Assembly (NCBI GenBank): GCA_015229115.1
Contig: JADGCH010000008.1
Span: forward strand, 11,405 to 75,404
DNA: 64,000 nucleotides
Origin: Magnetococcales bacterium
GTDB lineage: Bacteria > Pseudomonadota > Magnetococcia > Magnetococcales > JADGCH01
Reading direction: 5' to 3'
The notes under the pieces were generated by a model. The model worked only from the letters and a program-made list of their open reading frames with translations. It did not search any database and was not told the DNA's origin. This document shows, piece by piece, positions 25,524 through 34,197 of this stretch. A program made the translations under genes and the position numbers. Every line of letters starts with the position of its first letter. Position 1 is the first letter of the stretch.

Positions 25524-28500
25524 CGGTTATCTCCAGCGTCTGAAAAATGCGGGCCAGAGGGACACGTGCTCCCTCAAAATCAAATCGCTCCAGGTGCGTG
25601 TGTAGGGCCTCGATCTCCGGCCGCATCACTGTCTGTTGCAGCAACAGCTGCAGTTGCTCACAGGCGGCTCTAGCCTTGAAATCGCGTCTTCTGAGAAATC
25701 CGGCCAAGGATTGTAACAAAGGTTGCAGCTGTTGCCGGTCCAGCGCAACAGCCGGCGCCAGTGTGTCAGACTGACCCGAGGTCGCGGGCTGAGGACGGTC
25801 TGCTATCACCTGACCAATCGAGTTGACCAGCTGTTGCAATTGCTGCTCAAAAATCGTTAATAACCCCTCCACATCCTGCCAACGCTGCTGCTTCAGAGCC
25901 AGTTCCAGGGCTTGAGCTGACTGCTGCAGACCATCGGCCGACAAGGTGCCTGCCAGTCCCTTGATGGTATGAGCCAACCGTGCGGCAGCGTCCTCATCGT
26001 TGTGAGGCGTACCGGCGGGCTGCTGTTGCCGAGTCAACAACGGGCGCATATCGGTTAGTGCCCGGTTAAAATCCTGCCATGAAGTGCGCAACACCCGCCA
26101 AACGCTAGCCTGATTGCCGCCAAAGCGCTGCAGGCAGGCTGGCAGGTCGATACCGACCAGGTTGGCAGGCAACGGCGGCACGTCAGCAGCCGGATCGGTC
26201 CGGACCGGTGGTGAGACATCGGTCAGCGCCGATAATCCTGCGCCACGGTCGGGAAGCCAGCGGATCATGGTTTCATAGAGCCGGTACATATCGATCGGCT
26301 TGGTGATGTGGTCGTTCATGCCCGCATCGAGACTCTGCTCACGATCACCGGCCATGGCATGGGCCGTCATGGCAATGATCGGCAGATGCTGCAGCATCGC
26401 GTTAGCACGGATTTGGCGTGTTGCTGTCAAGCCGTCCATTTTGGGCATCTGGATATCCATCAGCACCAGATCAAAGGATTCTTCCGCAACACGGGCTACC
26501 GCCTCCAGACCGTTCTGGGCCATCTGCATCACCACGCCGACCTGCTCCAGCATTTCACGTGCTACCTGCTGGTTGGTACTGTTATCCTCGACCAGCAGGA
26601 TCCGCCTGCCACTGAGCCGTTCCATAACGTTGTTCAGATCGACCACACGCTTTTCGGGTCGTACTGTCTTGACCAGGCCATGACCAAAGAGATCCATGAT
26701 GGCATCGAACAGACGCGAACAGTTGACCGGTTTAGCCAGAAAGGCTCCCGCTCCAGCCACCCGACCACGCATCTGCAGCGACTCATCCTCGACACCCGCT
26801 GTCAGCAGCACCATTTTCGGTCGATGTTCAGCAGCCACCGTCGTAGTTACAGCTTCCATGGTGGCAACACCATCCATGGCCGGCATCCACCAATCCACCA
26901 GCACCAGCTGAAACGGCGTGCCCGCGTCAATGGCCTGCTGAATGGCTATCAGGGCATCCGATCCGGAACTGACACCGACGGCAGCAAAATCAAAGCTAGC
27001 CAACAGCCCCATCAGGGCCGCTCTGGCTGTTGTATTGTCTTCTACCACCAGCGTACGCAACCGCTCCAGATCACCGGGGGGCAGCAGGTCCTGTTCCTGT
27101 GACTCTAACTGACGTTCAAAAACGGCGGTAAAGACAAAACGACTACCCTGTCCCGGCTGGCTCTCCACCCAGATCTGCCCACCCATCAATTCGACCAGCT
27201 TGCGACTGATGGACAAACCAAGACCAGTACCACCATACTTGCGGGTAATGGAGTTGTCCCCCTGACTGAAAGCGGCAAACAATCCGGCCATCTGGGACTG
27301 GTCCATACCCATGCCGGTATCCCGTACCGAGAACTCCAGCATCACCTGGTCCAGCGACTCCTTCAGGGTGCGCACCTGAATATGCACCTCGCCAGCGTCG
27401 GTAAACTTGATGGCATTGCCCACCAGGTTGACCAGAATCTGCTCCAGACGGATGGGATCCCCACGCAGGTAATAGTAGCACTCTTCTGCCGCACAGAGAA
27501 CCAGTTCCAGCCGTTTCTGGTATACCTTGGTACTGAACAGCGCCGCCAGCCGATCGAAGACATCGCGCAACAGAAAATCGGTCTGCTCCATCGCCAGTTT
27601 GCCCGCCTCGATCTTGGAAAAATCGAGAATATCGTTGATGATATGCAGCAGCGACTGGGAGGAGTTGGCAATCATGGTCAGATAGTCGCGCAGCTTGGCT
27701 GACAGAGGTTGTTGCAGCGCCAGATGGGTCAGACCCATGACGGCATTCATGGGTGTACGGATTTCATGGCTCATATTGGCCAGAAACAGGCTCTTGCTCT
27801 GTACCGCCATCTCTGCTGCCAGCAACCGGGTATCCTTGTCATGCAGCTGCCGCTGGGCCTCACGAAACAGGGTGATGTCACGCACCACCACCACAATGCC
27901 CGTAGCCTGATGTTGCTCGCCATAGAGCATGGAGGCTGAAACGATGACAGGAACGCGGTGAAAATCGCTGTGGATCAGGTTTGTCTCGATGTTGTTGATG
28001 GCACCGGAAGCCACCGTCTTTTCTAGTGAACCGGGGAAAATCGTGGCTGAACCGACCAGAAAATGACTGAACAGCTGGCCGATCATATCGGCTCGGTCAT
28101 AACCGAATAGCTCCGGACGGTTGACACGCACGATACGTCCACTGAGCGAACAAACCAGTAACAGGTCAGACATTGACTCGATGATATTGTCGACATGCCC
28201 CTTGGACACCATAGCCTCGTCCAACTTGATGACCATGTGCTGGAAAGAATCGAGCAGGATACCGATCTCATCATGACGGGCCTGATCCTGATAGCGCCGG
28301 ATAAGTGGATGAGCCGTCTTTTCCTGCAATCGGATGGCGTGCAGCGACAAAGCTCCCGATGCCACTTCCCGAACCAGATGCACCAGCGATTGAATCGGTC
28401 TGGTGATGTAGCGGGCTACCCAAAAGGCTGGCAACAACGCCAGCAAGACACCAACCAGGGATAACAGCATCACCCGGTTGCGCAGCTCGATGGCTGGAGC

Positions 28501-29301
28501 CATAGCCACCTGTTTCGGAATGGCCAGCAGCAGTTTCCAGCCCTGTCCCTGGTAATCGAGATAGCCCTTTTCAGAGGTCACCAGCATGATATGGCTATCG
28601 CTGCTGCAGGCGTGATCGTCATGACGGTCGTTATGCTCGACACGATCCGACAGAATAGCCTTATCATCGTGGCGATGGTTGGAGTAGAGCAACAGCCCAT
28701 CCCGATCGACCAGATCAATTTCGACCGATGTCCCAGCCTGATCAAACAGGCCATAAAGCTGTGACAAAGGCACTCGGGCCACAACCACTCCACGAGGAGA
28801 GGAGTCGGTCTCACACTGCACGGGCTTGACAAAATAGAGCACATTCTGGCTCAGTGAGGTGGAACGGCCGGTGCCAACGGTATGATCAGCCCTGATGATC
28901 CGATCCCAGTTTTTGGCGATAAAGGACAGATCCTGGTCCCGTTGACCAATCTGTAAACTGGAGCTGTCGGCCAGACGGGCACCCTGACTGTCATAGTAAG
29001 AGAGGCTATAATAGCTCTTATAGGTGTTACGGTACTGGATCAGCCGTCGGGTGACCTGCTGCCGTGAGAACGTCGTATCGCACAGCAGCCTATCCATGGC
29101 GATAACACGAATATCTCCCAGCCGCTCGAACAGCATATGGTCGATGTTGAGCAGATAACTGGCCGAACGTTCCCCAAGATGATGGATCACTTCCCGCTGC
29201 AGCGTCTGTACCATGAGCAGATAGACCACCCCGGCGGTTGCCAGCCCGGTAACAATGACCAGCAGTGCCGACAGCCCCATGAGCTTGGTGGTCAGTTTCA
29301 T
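25510..29301 (-). CDS. Hybrid sensor histidine kinase (TM-periplasmic sensor-TM-HAMP-PAS-HisKA-HATPase-REC-REC-HPt)
   Basis: H-box [20 protein letters not shown]-boxes DTGMGMD and [14 protein letters not shown]. Two receivers (LVLVDWWMPAMDG; LVLMDIQMPKMDG). HPt motif AHTIKGLAGTL. About 260 aa of extracytoplasmic region lies between two TM segments. Confidence 0.9.
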   Translation of the reverse strand: MKLTTKLMGLSALLVIVTGLATAGVVYLLMVQTLQREVIHHLGERSASYLLNIDHMLFERLGDIRVIAMDRLLCDTTFSRQQVTRRLIQYRNTYKSYYSLSYYDSQGARLADSSSLQIGQRDQDLSFIAKNWDRIIRADHTVGTGRSTSLSQNVLYFVKPVQCETDSSPRGVVVARVPLSQLYGLFDQAGTSVEIDLVDRDGLLLYSNHRHDDKAILSDRVEHNDRHDDHACSSDSHIMLVTSEKGYLDYQGQGWKLLLAIPKQVAMAPAIELRNRVMLLSLVGVLLALLPAFWVARYITRPIQSLVHLVREVASGALSLHAIRLQEKTAHPLIRRYQDQARHDEIGILLDSFQHMVIKLDEAMVSKGHVDNIIESMSDLLLVCSLSGRIVRVNRPELFGYDRADMIGQLFSHFLVGSATIFPGSLEKTVASGAINNIETNLIHSDFHRVPVIVSASMLYGEQHQATGIVVVVRDITLFREAQRQLHDKDTRLLAAEMAVQSKSLFLANMSHEIRTPMNAVMGLTHLALQQPLSAKLRDYLTMIANSSQSLLHIINDILDFSKIEAGKLAMEQTDFLLRDVFDRLAALFSTKVYQKRLELVLCAAEECYYYLRGDPIRLEQILVNLVGNAIKFTDAGEVHIQVRTLKESLDQVMLEFSVRDTGMGMDQSQMAGLFAAFSQGDNSITRKYGGTGLGLSISRKLVELMGGQIWVESQPGQGSRFVFTAVFERQLESQEQDLLPPGDLERLRTLVVEDNTTARAALMGLLASFDFAAVGVSSGSDALIAIQQAIDAGTPFQLVLVDWWMPAMDGVATMEAVTTTVAAEHRPKMVLLTAGVEDESLQMRGRVAGAGAFLAKPVNCSRLFDAIMDLFGHGLVKTVRPEKRVVDLNNVMERLSGRRILLVEDNSTNQQVAREMLEQVGVVMQMAQNGLEAVARVAEESFDLVLMDIQMPKMDGLTATRQIRANAMLQHLPIIAMTAHAMAGDREQSLDAGMNDHITKPIDMYRLYETMIRWLPDRGAGLSALTDVSPPVRTDPAADVPPLPANLVGIDLPACLQRFGGNQASVWRVLRTSWQDFNRALTDMRPLLTRQQQPAGTPHNDEDAAARLAHTIKGLAGTLSADGLQQSAQALELALKQQRWQDVEGLLTIFEQQLQQLVNSIGQVIADRPQPATSGQSDTLAPAVALDRQQLQPLLQSLAGFLRRRDFKARAACEQLQLLLQQTVMRPEIEALHTHLERFDFEGARVPLARIFQTLEITDGEA

Positions 29302-30323
29302 GGTCGCTGTATCTCCGCCAGAGACTCGACGGCACTGTGATCGATCATCCGGTTGACGTCCGGTATCGCTCGCAACTGACCGCGCTCAAGGAAAAAGCGC
29401 ACCATGGCACAGGCGGCGTTATAAAGGGAAAAAGGCGAATCCGACTGAGCCAAAGCCTCACGGTTGCCCTGCAGGCCAGGCTGCCAAATCTCATCCAGAC
29501 CACTGGCCATCTCGGCCTCCGACATACCCATGGCCTTGGCCATCAGGGTCACCGCTTCTGCTCGGTGGGCTGCGACAAAGTCACTAGCCTCCAGCAATGC
29601 CCGTACAACGGCCCTGACGTCATCGGGACGGGTGGCCACAATCTCTGGATCGAAGGCCAGTACATCGACAATAAGCCCCGGCACGTCACGAGCGCTGGCC
29701 AGGACTTTGTAACCCTTGGCCAAGGCCTGGGATGTGGCCGGCTGCCAGGTATGGCCAGCATCAATCAAACCCTGATCCAGATCAGCAACGACCTGATCAC
29801 TCGGGCTGACTTTCATCAGAACCTGACTTTCATCGATCCCATATCGTTCCAGCGCCTGCAATACAAAAATGTGGGAAAAGGAGTTGACCTCCTCGAAGGC
29901 AACGGTACGATTTTTCAGATCGGCCAGAGAAGCCAGCTCGGGCCGCCCCACAATAACATCACCGGACTGTGAATAATCGGCGATATAGACCACCCGCGTT
30001 GGGGAACCGGTTGACCAGAGCATGACAGCATCGCTCAAGACCAGAAACAGACCATCCACCTGACCACGACGGTAAAGATTGAGGAACTCGGATGAGTGCT
30101 CCTGGTTGAGGGTCAGCTGAACCTCAACACCATGTTTGGCGAACAGACCTTTTTCCTGGGCAACGAAGGCATGAGCGTAACCGGCCCATTGTCCCAGGGC
30201 AATGCGCAGAGGCGGACGCTCCCGCCCAACACCGGATGAATCGGACGAACCAACAAGCCAGACGATGAGGCCTGCCACCATCACCCCAAATAACCCGACA
30301 ACAAGGGCAATGCCTCTTTTCAT
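29298..30323 (-). CDS. Periplasmic substrate-binding protein (NMT1/SsuA-TauA-like fold), membrane-anchored or secreted
   Basis: N-terminal hydrophobic anchor MKRGIALVVGLFGVMVAGLIVWLV. The rest resembles ABC nitrate/sulfonate/bicarbonate-type binding proteins at motif level (ALGQWAGYAH.FVAQEKGLF.KHGV.V.L). Its stop overlaps the kinase ATG (ATGA 29298-29301). Confidence 0.6.
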   Translation of the reverse strand: MKRGIALVVGLFGVMVAGLIVWLVGSSDSSGVGRERPPLRIALGQWAGYAHAFVAQEKGLFAKHGVEVQLTLNQEHSSEFLNLYRRGQVDGLFLVLSDAVMLWSTGSPTRVVYIADYSQSGDVIVGRPELASLADLKNRTVAFEEVNSFSHIFVLQALERYGIDESQVLMKVSPSDQVVADLDQGLIDAGHTWQPATSQALAKGYKVLASARDVPGLIVDVLAFDPEIVATRPDDVRAVVRALLEASDFVAAHRAEAVTLMAKAMGMSEAEMASGLDEIWQPGLQGNREALAQSDSPFSLYNAACAMVRFFLERGQLRAIPDVNRMIDHSAVESLAEIQRP

Positions 30324-30520
30324 GAAGTTTCTTTAAGCGGTTAGGTCATACGGATGTCACCAAACTCACCGGTTATGATAATTGATTTCTATCAAGTCTG
30401 CAACAACAAACGAACCCTAAAGAGGGCCGCAGAGGCCGTTGCGAGTGCATTTATGAGGCGGCTATTAAGCTACATGAACGACGTTGTTATGAAGGGGATA
30501 GGAAGCAGCGACCATCGTAT

Positions 30521-30542
30521 GCCTGGGGCGACTGCCCCAGGC
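30521..30542 (-). terminator. Perfect 9-bp stem / 4-nt loop hairpin (terminator-like, no U-tract)
   Basis: GCCTGGGGC-gact-GCCCCAGGC, read directly. It lies about 60 nt downstream of the NarL-type regulator stop (30604). A second, smaller hairpin GCCCC-tct-GGGGC lies at 30555-30567. Confidence 0.45.
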
Positions 30543-30603
30543 TAATCACGAACCGCCCCTCTGGGGCTTGTATGAAACGCGATTCGCAAAGGTCATGGCA
30601 AGA

Positions 30604-31233
30604 TCACAATAATTGGTGATCAATGACATATCTGACCAGCTCGGCGTTGGAAGTTTTATTCATCTTTTCCAGAACCCGCGTCCGATAGGTACTGACTGTG
30701 CTGGGTGCCAGATGCAGCATGCTGGCAATTTCACTGATACTGTAGCCAGAAGATATCTTGAGCAGCACGGTAAACTCGCGGTTAGACAACTGCTCGTGTG
30801 GCAAGGGTGGGCTACCGGTCGAGATCTTTTCGGCCATATCAGCCGCCAGATCCGGATCAAGATAATGCCCACCCTTGGCGACACGGCGTATGGCTGCCAC
30901 AATCACCTCGGTCGGTGCTGTCTTGGTCACATAACCAGCGGCACCCGCTTTCAGCAGACGGGTGGCCATGGTGTTGTCCATGTACATGGTCAAAATCAGC
31001 ACAGGCAGATTGGGATGCCTCTGGCGCACCTGCTGCAGCACCTGAAGTCCATCGATATCCGGCAGGTTAAGATTCAGGATCAGCAAGTCGCAGGGATTCC
31101 TGCCAAGCCAGCGCAGAGTCTCCTGACCTTTGCCACTTTCACCGGCTACCACCAGCTCGTGGTCCTTCTCCAGCAGGCGTTTCAAGCCCTCCCGCAACAG
31201 GGCATGGTCATCTGTCAGAAATACTTTAAGCAT
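30604..31233 (-). CDS. NarL/FixJ-family response regulator (REC + LuxR-type HTH)
   Basis: REC domain (MLKVFLTDDH ... LLILNLNLPDIDG ... PVLILTM) and HTH (LSNREFTVLLKISSGYSISEIASMLHLAPSTVSTYRTRVLEKM). GGAG lies 7 nt upstream of the ATG. Confidence 0.9.
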   Translation of the reverse strand: MLKVFLTDDHALLREGLKRLLEKDHELVVAGESGKGQETLRWLGRNPCDLLILNLNLPDIDGLQVLQQVRQRHPNLPVLILTMYMDNTMATRLLKAGAAGYVTKTAPTEVIVAAIRRVAKGGHYLDPDLAADMAEKISTGSPPLPHEQLSNREFTVLLKISSGYSISEIASMLHLAPSTVSTYRTRVLEKMNKTSNAELVRYVIDHQLL

Positions 31234-31353
31234 GATCGACTCCAGTTCACGTTCTTACCACCTCTTTTTGGGGGGGTCATTGTACAGGGATTGTCAGAAC
31301 ACGCAATCAACACAACAACGATTTTTATGTAGCCATCAATCGACGAAAAGTCC

Positions 31354-32535
31354 TCAGCGCAACGGAAGCACGACCCGTATCGTGGTACCACCCTGGTGAC
31401 CGGTTTCGAAGGTTACCTCCCCTCCCAGTCGCTGGGCCCGCTCACGCATGCCGATCAGTCCCATGGAGGTTGTTACATGGTGCGGGAAAAGCTTTTCCAC
31501 GGACAGCCCGACCCCATCATCCCGAATAACCAGTTGCCATCCCTGCTCCAGCAGACTCAGCTCAACACGGCAGCTGCTGGCACCAGCATGACGCACCACG
31601 TTGGTCAAAGCCTCCTGACAGATGCGAAACAGAGTCAGACGATGTTCCTCATCCAGCAGCGATTCATCGATATCACAAGCTACCTCACAGGACAGTTGCT
31701 GTCCGGATTGCTCTCGGGTCTGTTGCGCCAGCCACTGCAGCGCTGCCTGTAAGCCAAACCGGTCCAGCACGGGTGGGCGCAGGGACACCGACATGCGCCG
31801 CACATTCATCAACAGGCTCCTGGCCAGATCGGACAGCCCACAACAGCGCTGACGCAAATCGTCCACGACAATGTCCTGCTCCAAAGCAGCCAGACCGAAT
31901 CGGATGGCGGTCAGTGAACTGCCCAGTTCATCGTGAATTTCGGTAGCCAGACGTTTCCTTTCATCCTCGACGGCCGCATCAAGATGACGTATCAGTCGAC
32001 GCACCTCATCCGTCTGACACTGCAAATCCTCCGTGACCTGAATATGCCTCAGACTGGTCATCAGGTGGGCCCCGAGGACTTCAACCACCTGAACCTGCTC
32101 ACGGGTCAGAACAGTCGCATGACTATGACGCAGCAGCAGAACACCCACCACATCTTCCCGCTGCAGCAGGGGGAGACACCGCAAGGTACAGGGTGACTCC
32201 TGCATCAGCGCTGTCCGGTTGCCGGCTACACAGTAGGCATGATCCAGATCGTTCGGCAGCACCGCGTCGGACCGGCCGCCGACCCGACAGACCAGTGACA
32301 ACTGCTCTCCCTCATGGGAGAACAGCATGGTCTGCTCAGCTCCGACATAAGTCATAGTCAACAGCAACAGCTGCTCCATGGTCCCCTGGCAGGAAACCTG
32401 CTCCGAGAGAATCTGACCGACACGCAATAGGGCGGAATAGTCGTTCAGTTGATCCGGCAAATATCCCTGCCCTATTGGAACCTTAAACAAGTTTGATTGT
32501 ACCTTTTTAGATGGCCATTCGGTTAGGAAATTCAA
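31354..32535 (-). CDS. Sensor histidine kinase, GAF-like input + HisKA_3 + HATPase (NarX/LiaS type), cytoplasmic
   Basis: H-box LATEIHDELGSSLTAI, N-box ICQEALTNVVRHA, G-boxes IRDDGVGL and GLIGMRERAQRLGG. There are no TM segments. Confidence 0.85.
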   Translation of the reverse strand: MNFLTEWPSKKVQSNLFKVPIGQGYLPDQLNDYSALLRVGQILSEQVSCQGTMEQLLLLTMTYVGAEQTMLFSHEGEQLSLVCRVGGRSDAVLPNDLDHAYCVAGNRTALMQESPCTLRCLPLLQREDVVGVLLLRHSHATVLTREQVQVVEVLGAHLMTSLRHIQVTEDLQCQTDEVRRLIRHLDAAVEDERKRLATEIHDELGSSLTAIRFGLAALEQDIVVDDLRQRCCGLSDLARSLLMNVRRMSVSLRPPVLDRFGLQAALQWLAQQTREQSGQQLSCEVACDIDESLLDEEHRLTLFRICQEALTNVVRHAGASSCRVELSLLEQGWQLVIRDDGVGLSVEKLFPHHVTTSMGLIGMRERAQRLGGEVTFETGHQGGTTIRVVLPLR

Positions 32536-32625
32536 TAATTTTGTAAAATATTCTCTACATAACTACTGGTTCATTGTAACATATAATATTTTCCAACAAC
32601 AATCGTTAGGGCTATCCAGAAGCGA

Positions 32626-32639
32626 TTTTTTTTTTTTTT
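32626..32639. repeat. T14 (A14 on the minus strand) homopolymer in an AT-rich intergenic region
   Basis: Counted directly: 14 consecutive T at 32626-32639. It lies 17 nt downstream of the comM stop (32656) and 91 nt upstream of the kinase start (32535). Confidence 0.95.
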
Positions 32640-32655
32640 GCGTTGCAAAAAGCGT

Positions 32656-34185
32656 TCATTCCACCATAAACTGCCGATTGACACGATACTGGATCGCCTC
32701 GGCCAGGTGTTCAACAGCGATGGACTCCGCTCCGGCCAGATCAGCCAGAGTCCGAGCCACTTTGAGGATGCGGTGGTAGGTACGGGCCGAAAAGCCCATG
32801 CGCCGGCTGGCTAGCAATAACAACGATTCACCGGCGTGATCAATGCGGGTATGCCGGGCCAGTTCATCACCGGACAGATGGGCATTGAGACGGTTGCCGC
32901 CATGGCGCCGCTGTTGTCGCTGCCGTGCCTGAATAACGCGCTGGCGCACCACAGCCGATGACTCACCGCTGGGCATGGCCACCAGCTGCTCGACCGGTAC
33001 CGGAGGCACCTCGACATGCAGATCGATACGATCCAGCAGCGGTCCCGAAAGACGGGAGCGGTAACGCTCCACCTGAAGCGTGGTGCACTGGCACGCATGA
33101 CAGGGATCGCCCAGATGACCGCAGGGACAAGGGTTGCAGGCAGCAACGAGCTGGAACTGGGCTGGAAAACAGGCTGAGCGGGCCGCCCGCGAGATGGTGA
33201 CCGTGCCTGATTCCATCGGCTCGCGCAGCACTTCCAGCACCGATCGGCCAAACTCGGGCAATTCGTCCAGAAACAGTACACCGCGATGAGACAGGCTGAC
33301 CTCACCCGGGCGCGGCAGGGACCCGCCACCAATCAGGGCTACCTGGGAGGCGGTATGATGGGGAGCCCTGAACGGTCGTACCCCGATAACCGGCTGTTCG
33401 CCAGAGAGCTTGCCGGCCACCGAATAGATGGCCGTCACCTCCAGGGCCTCCTCCAGCGACAGCTCGGGCAAAATGTTTGGTAAACAGCGCGATAGCAGCG
33501 TCTTGCCCGATCCTGGTGGACCGCTCATGAGCAGATTGTGTCCACCGGCAGCGACAATCTCCAGTGCTCGTTTGGCATATTCCTGCCCTTTGACGTGGGC
33601 CAGATCAGGCGATGACCGATCCTCCTGGCCCAGCCACTGCTGCCAGGACGTGGTAGCCACCGGCGTCAGCGGCACCGCGCCGGTCAGATGCTGTACCAGA
33701 TCGATGAGCGTGCGCGGGGCCAGGATAGCCATACCGGGAACCAGTGCCGCCTCGGCGCTGTTGTCCGGTGGCACGATCAATTCGTCCATGGCCTGGTCAC
33801 GGCCGCGCAGAGCCGCAGGCAAACAGCCCGGCACCGGTTTCAAACGGCCATCCAGCGCCAGTTCTCCCAGTAGCAGGCGTCGATCGAGTGCATCCTGACT
33901 GACCACCTCCATAGCCACCAGCAAAGCAGCAGCAATCGGCAGGTCGTAACCACTGCCCTCCTTGGGCAGGTCGGCCGGTGCCAGATTGATGGTGATGCGT
34001 CGTGGTGGCAGAACAAAGCCGGAATTGGCCAACGCTGCCCGCACCCGATCCTTGGCTTCACGTACGGCACCATCGGGCAGTCCGACCACATTGACCACCG
34101 GCAAACCGCGGTTCATGTCCACTTCCACTTCCACTGGTCGAGCCACAACACCTTCCAGGGCGACGGTATGAACCTGTGCCAACAT
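32656..34185 (-). CDS. comM: YifB/ComM-family Mg-chelatase-like AAA+ ATPase
   Basis: N-terminal Lon-like fold (GLPDGAVREAKDRVRAAL.NSGF..P.RRITINLAPADL.KEGS.YDLPIA), Walker A LLMSGPPGSGKTLL, ChlI-type core, and C-terminal ...RTYHRILKVARTLADLAG. Confidence 0.9.
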   Translation of the reverse strand: MLAQVHTVALEGVVARPVEVEVDMNRGLPVVNVVGLPDGAVREAKDRVRAALANSGFVLPPRRITINLAPADLPKEGSGYDLPIAAALLVAMEVVSQDALDRRLLLGELALDGRLKPVPGCLPAALRGRDQAMDELIVPPDNSAEAALVPGMAILAPRTLIDLVQHLTGAVPLTPVATTSWQQWLGQEDRSSPDLAHVKGQEYAKRALEIVAAGGHNLLMSGPPGSGKTLLSRCLPNILPELSLEEALEVTAIYSVAGKLSGEQPVIGVRPFRAPHHTASQVALIGGGSLPRPGEVSLSHRGVLFLDELPEFGRSVLEVLREPMESGTVTISRAARSACFPAQFQLVAACNPCPCGHLGDPCHACQCTTLQVERYRSRLSGPLLDRIDLHVEVPPVPVEQLVAMPSGESSAVVRQRVIQARQRQQRRHGGNRLNAHLSGDELARHTRIDHAGESLLLLASRRMGFSARTYHRILKVARTLADLAGAESIAVEHLAEAIQYRVNRQFMVE

Positions 34186-34197
34186 GATGACCTCTCT

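Noticed and set aside
30354-30545. A 63-aa ORF on the plus strand in the 280-bp intergenic region.
   Set aside because: It has no RBS and no recognisable motif, and it ends inside the GC-rich palindrome. It is more likely non-coding leader or terminator sequence.
30545-30580. A GGTTCGTGATT (minus strand) T-loop-like string hinting at a tRNA.
   Set aside because: No acceptor, D or anticodon stems can be drawn around it. The flanking pairing is explained by the two hairpins.
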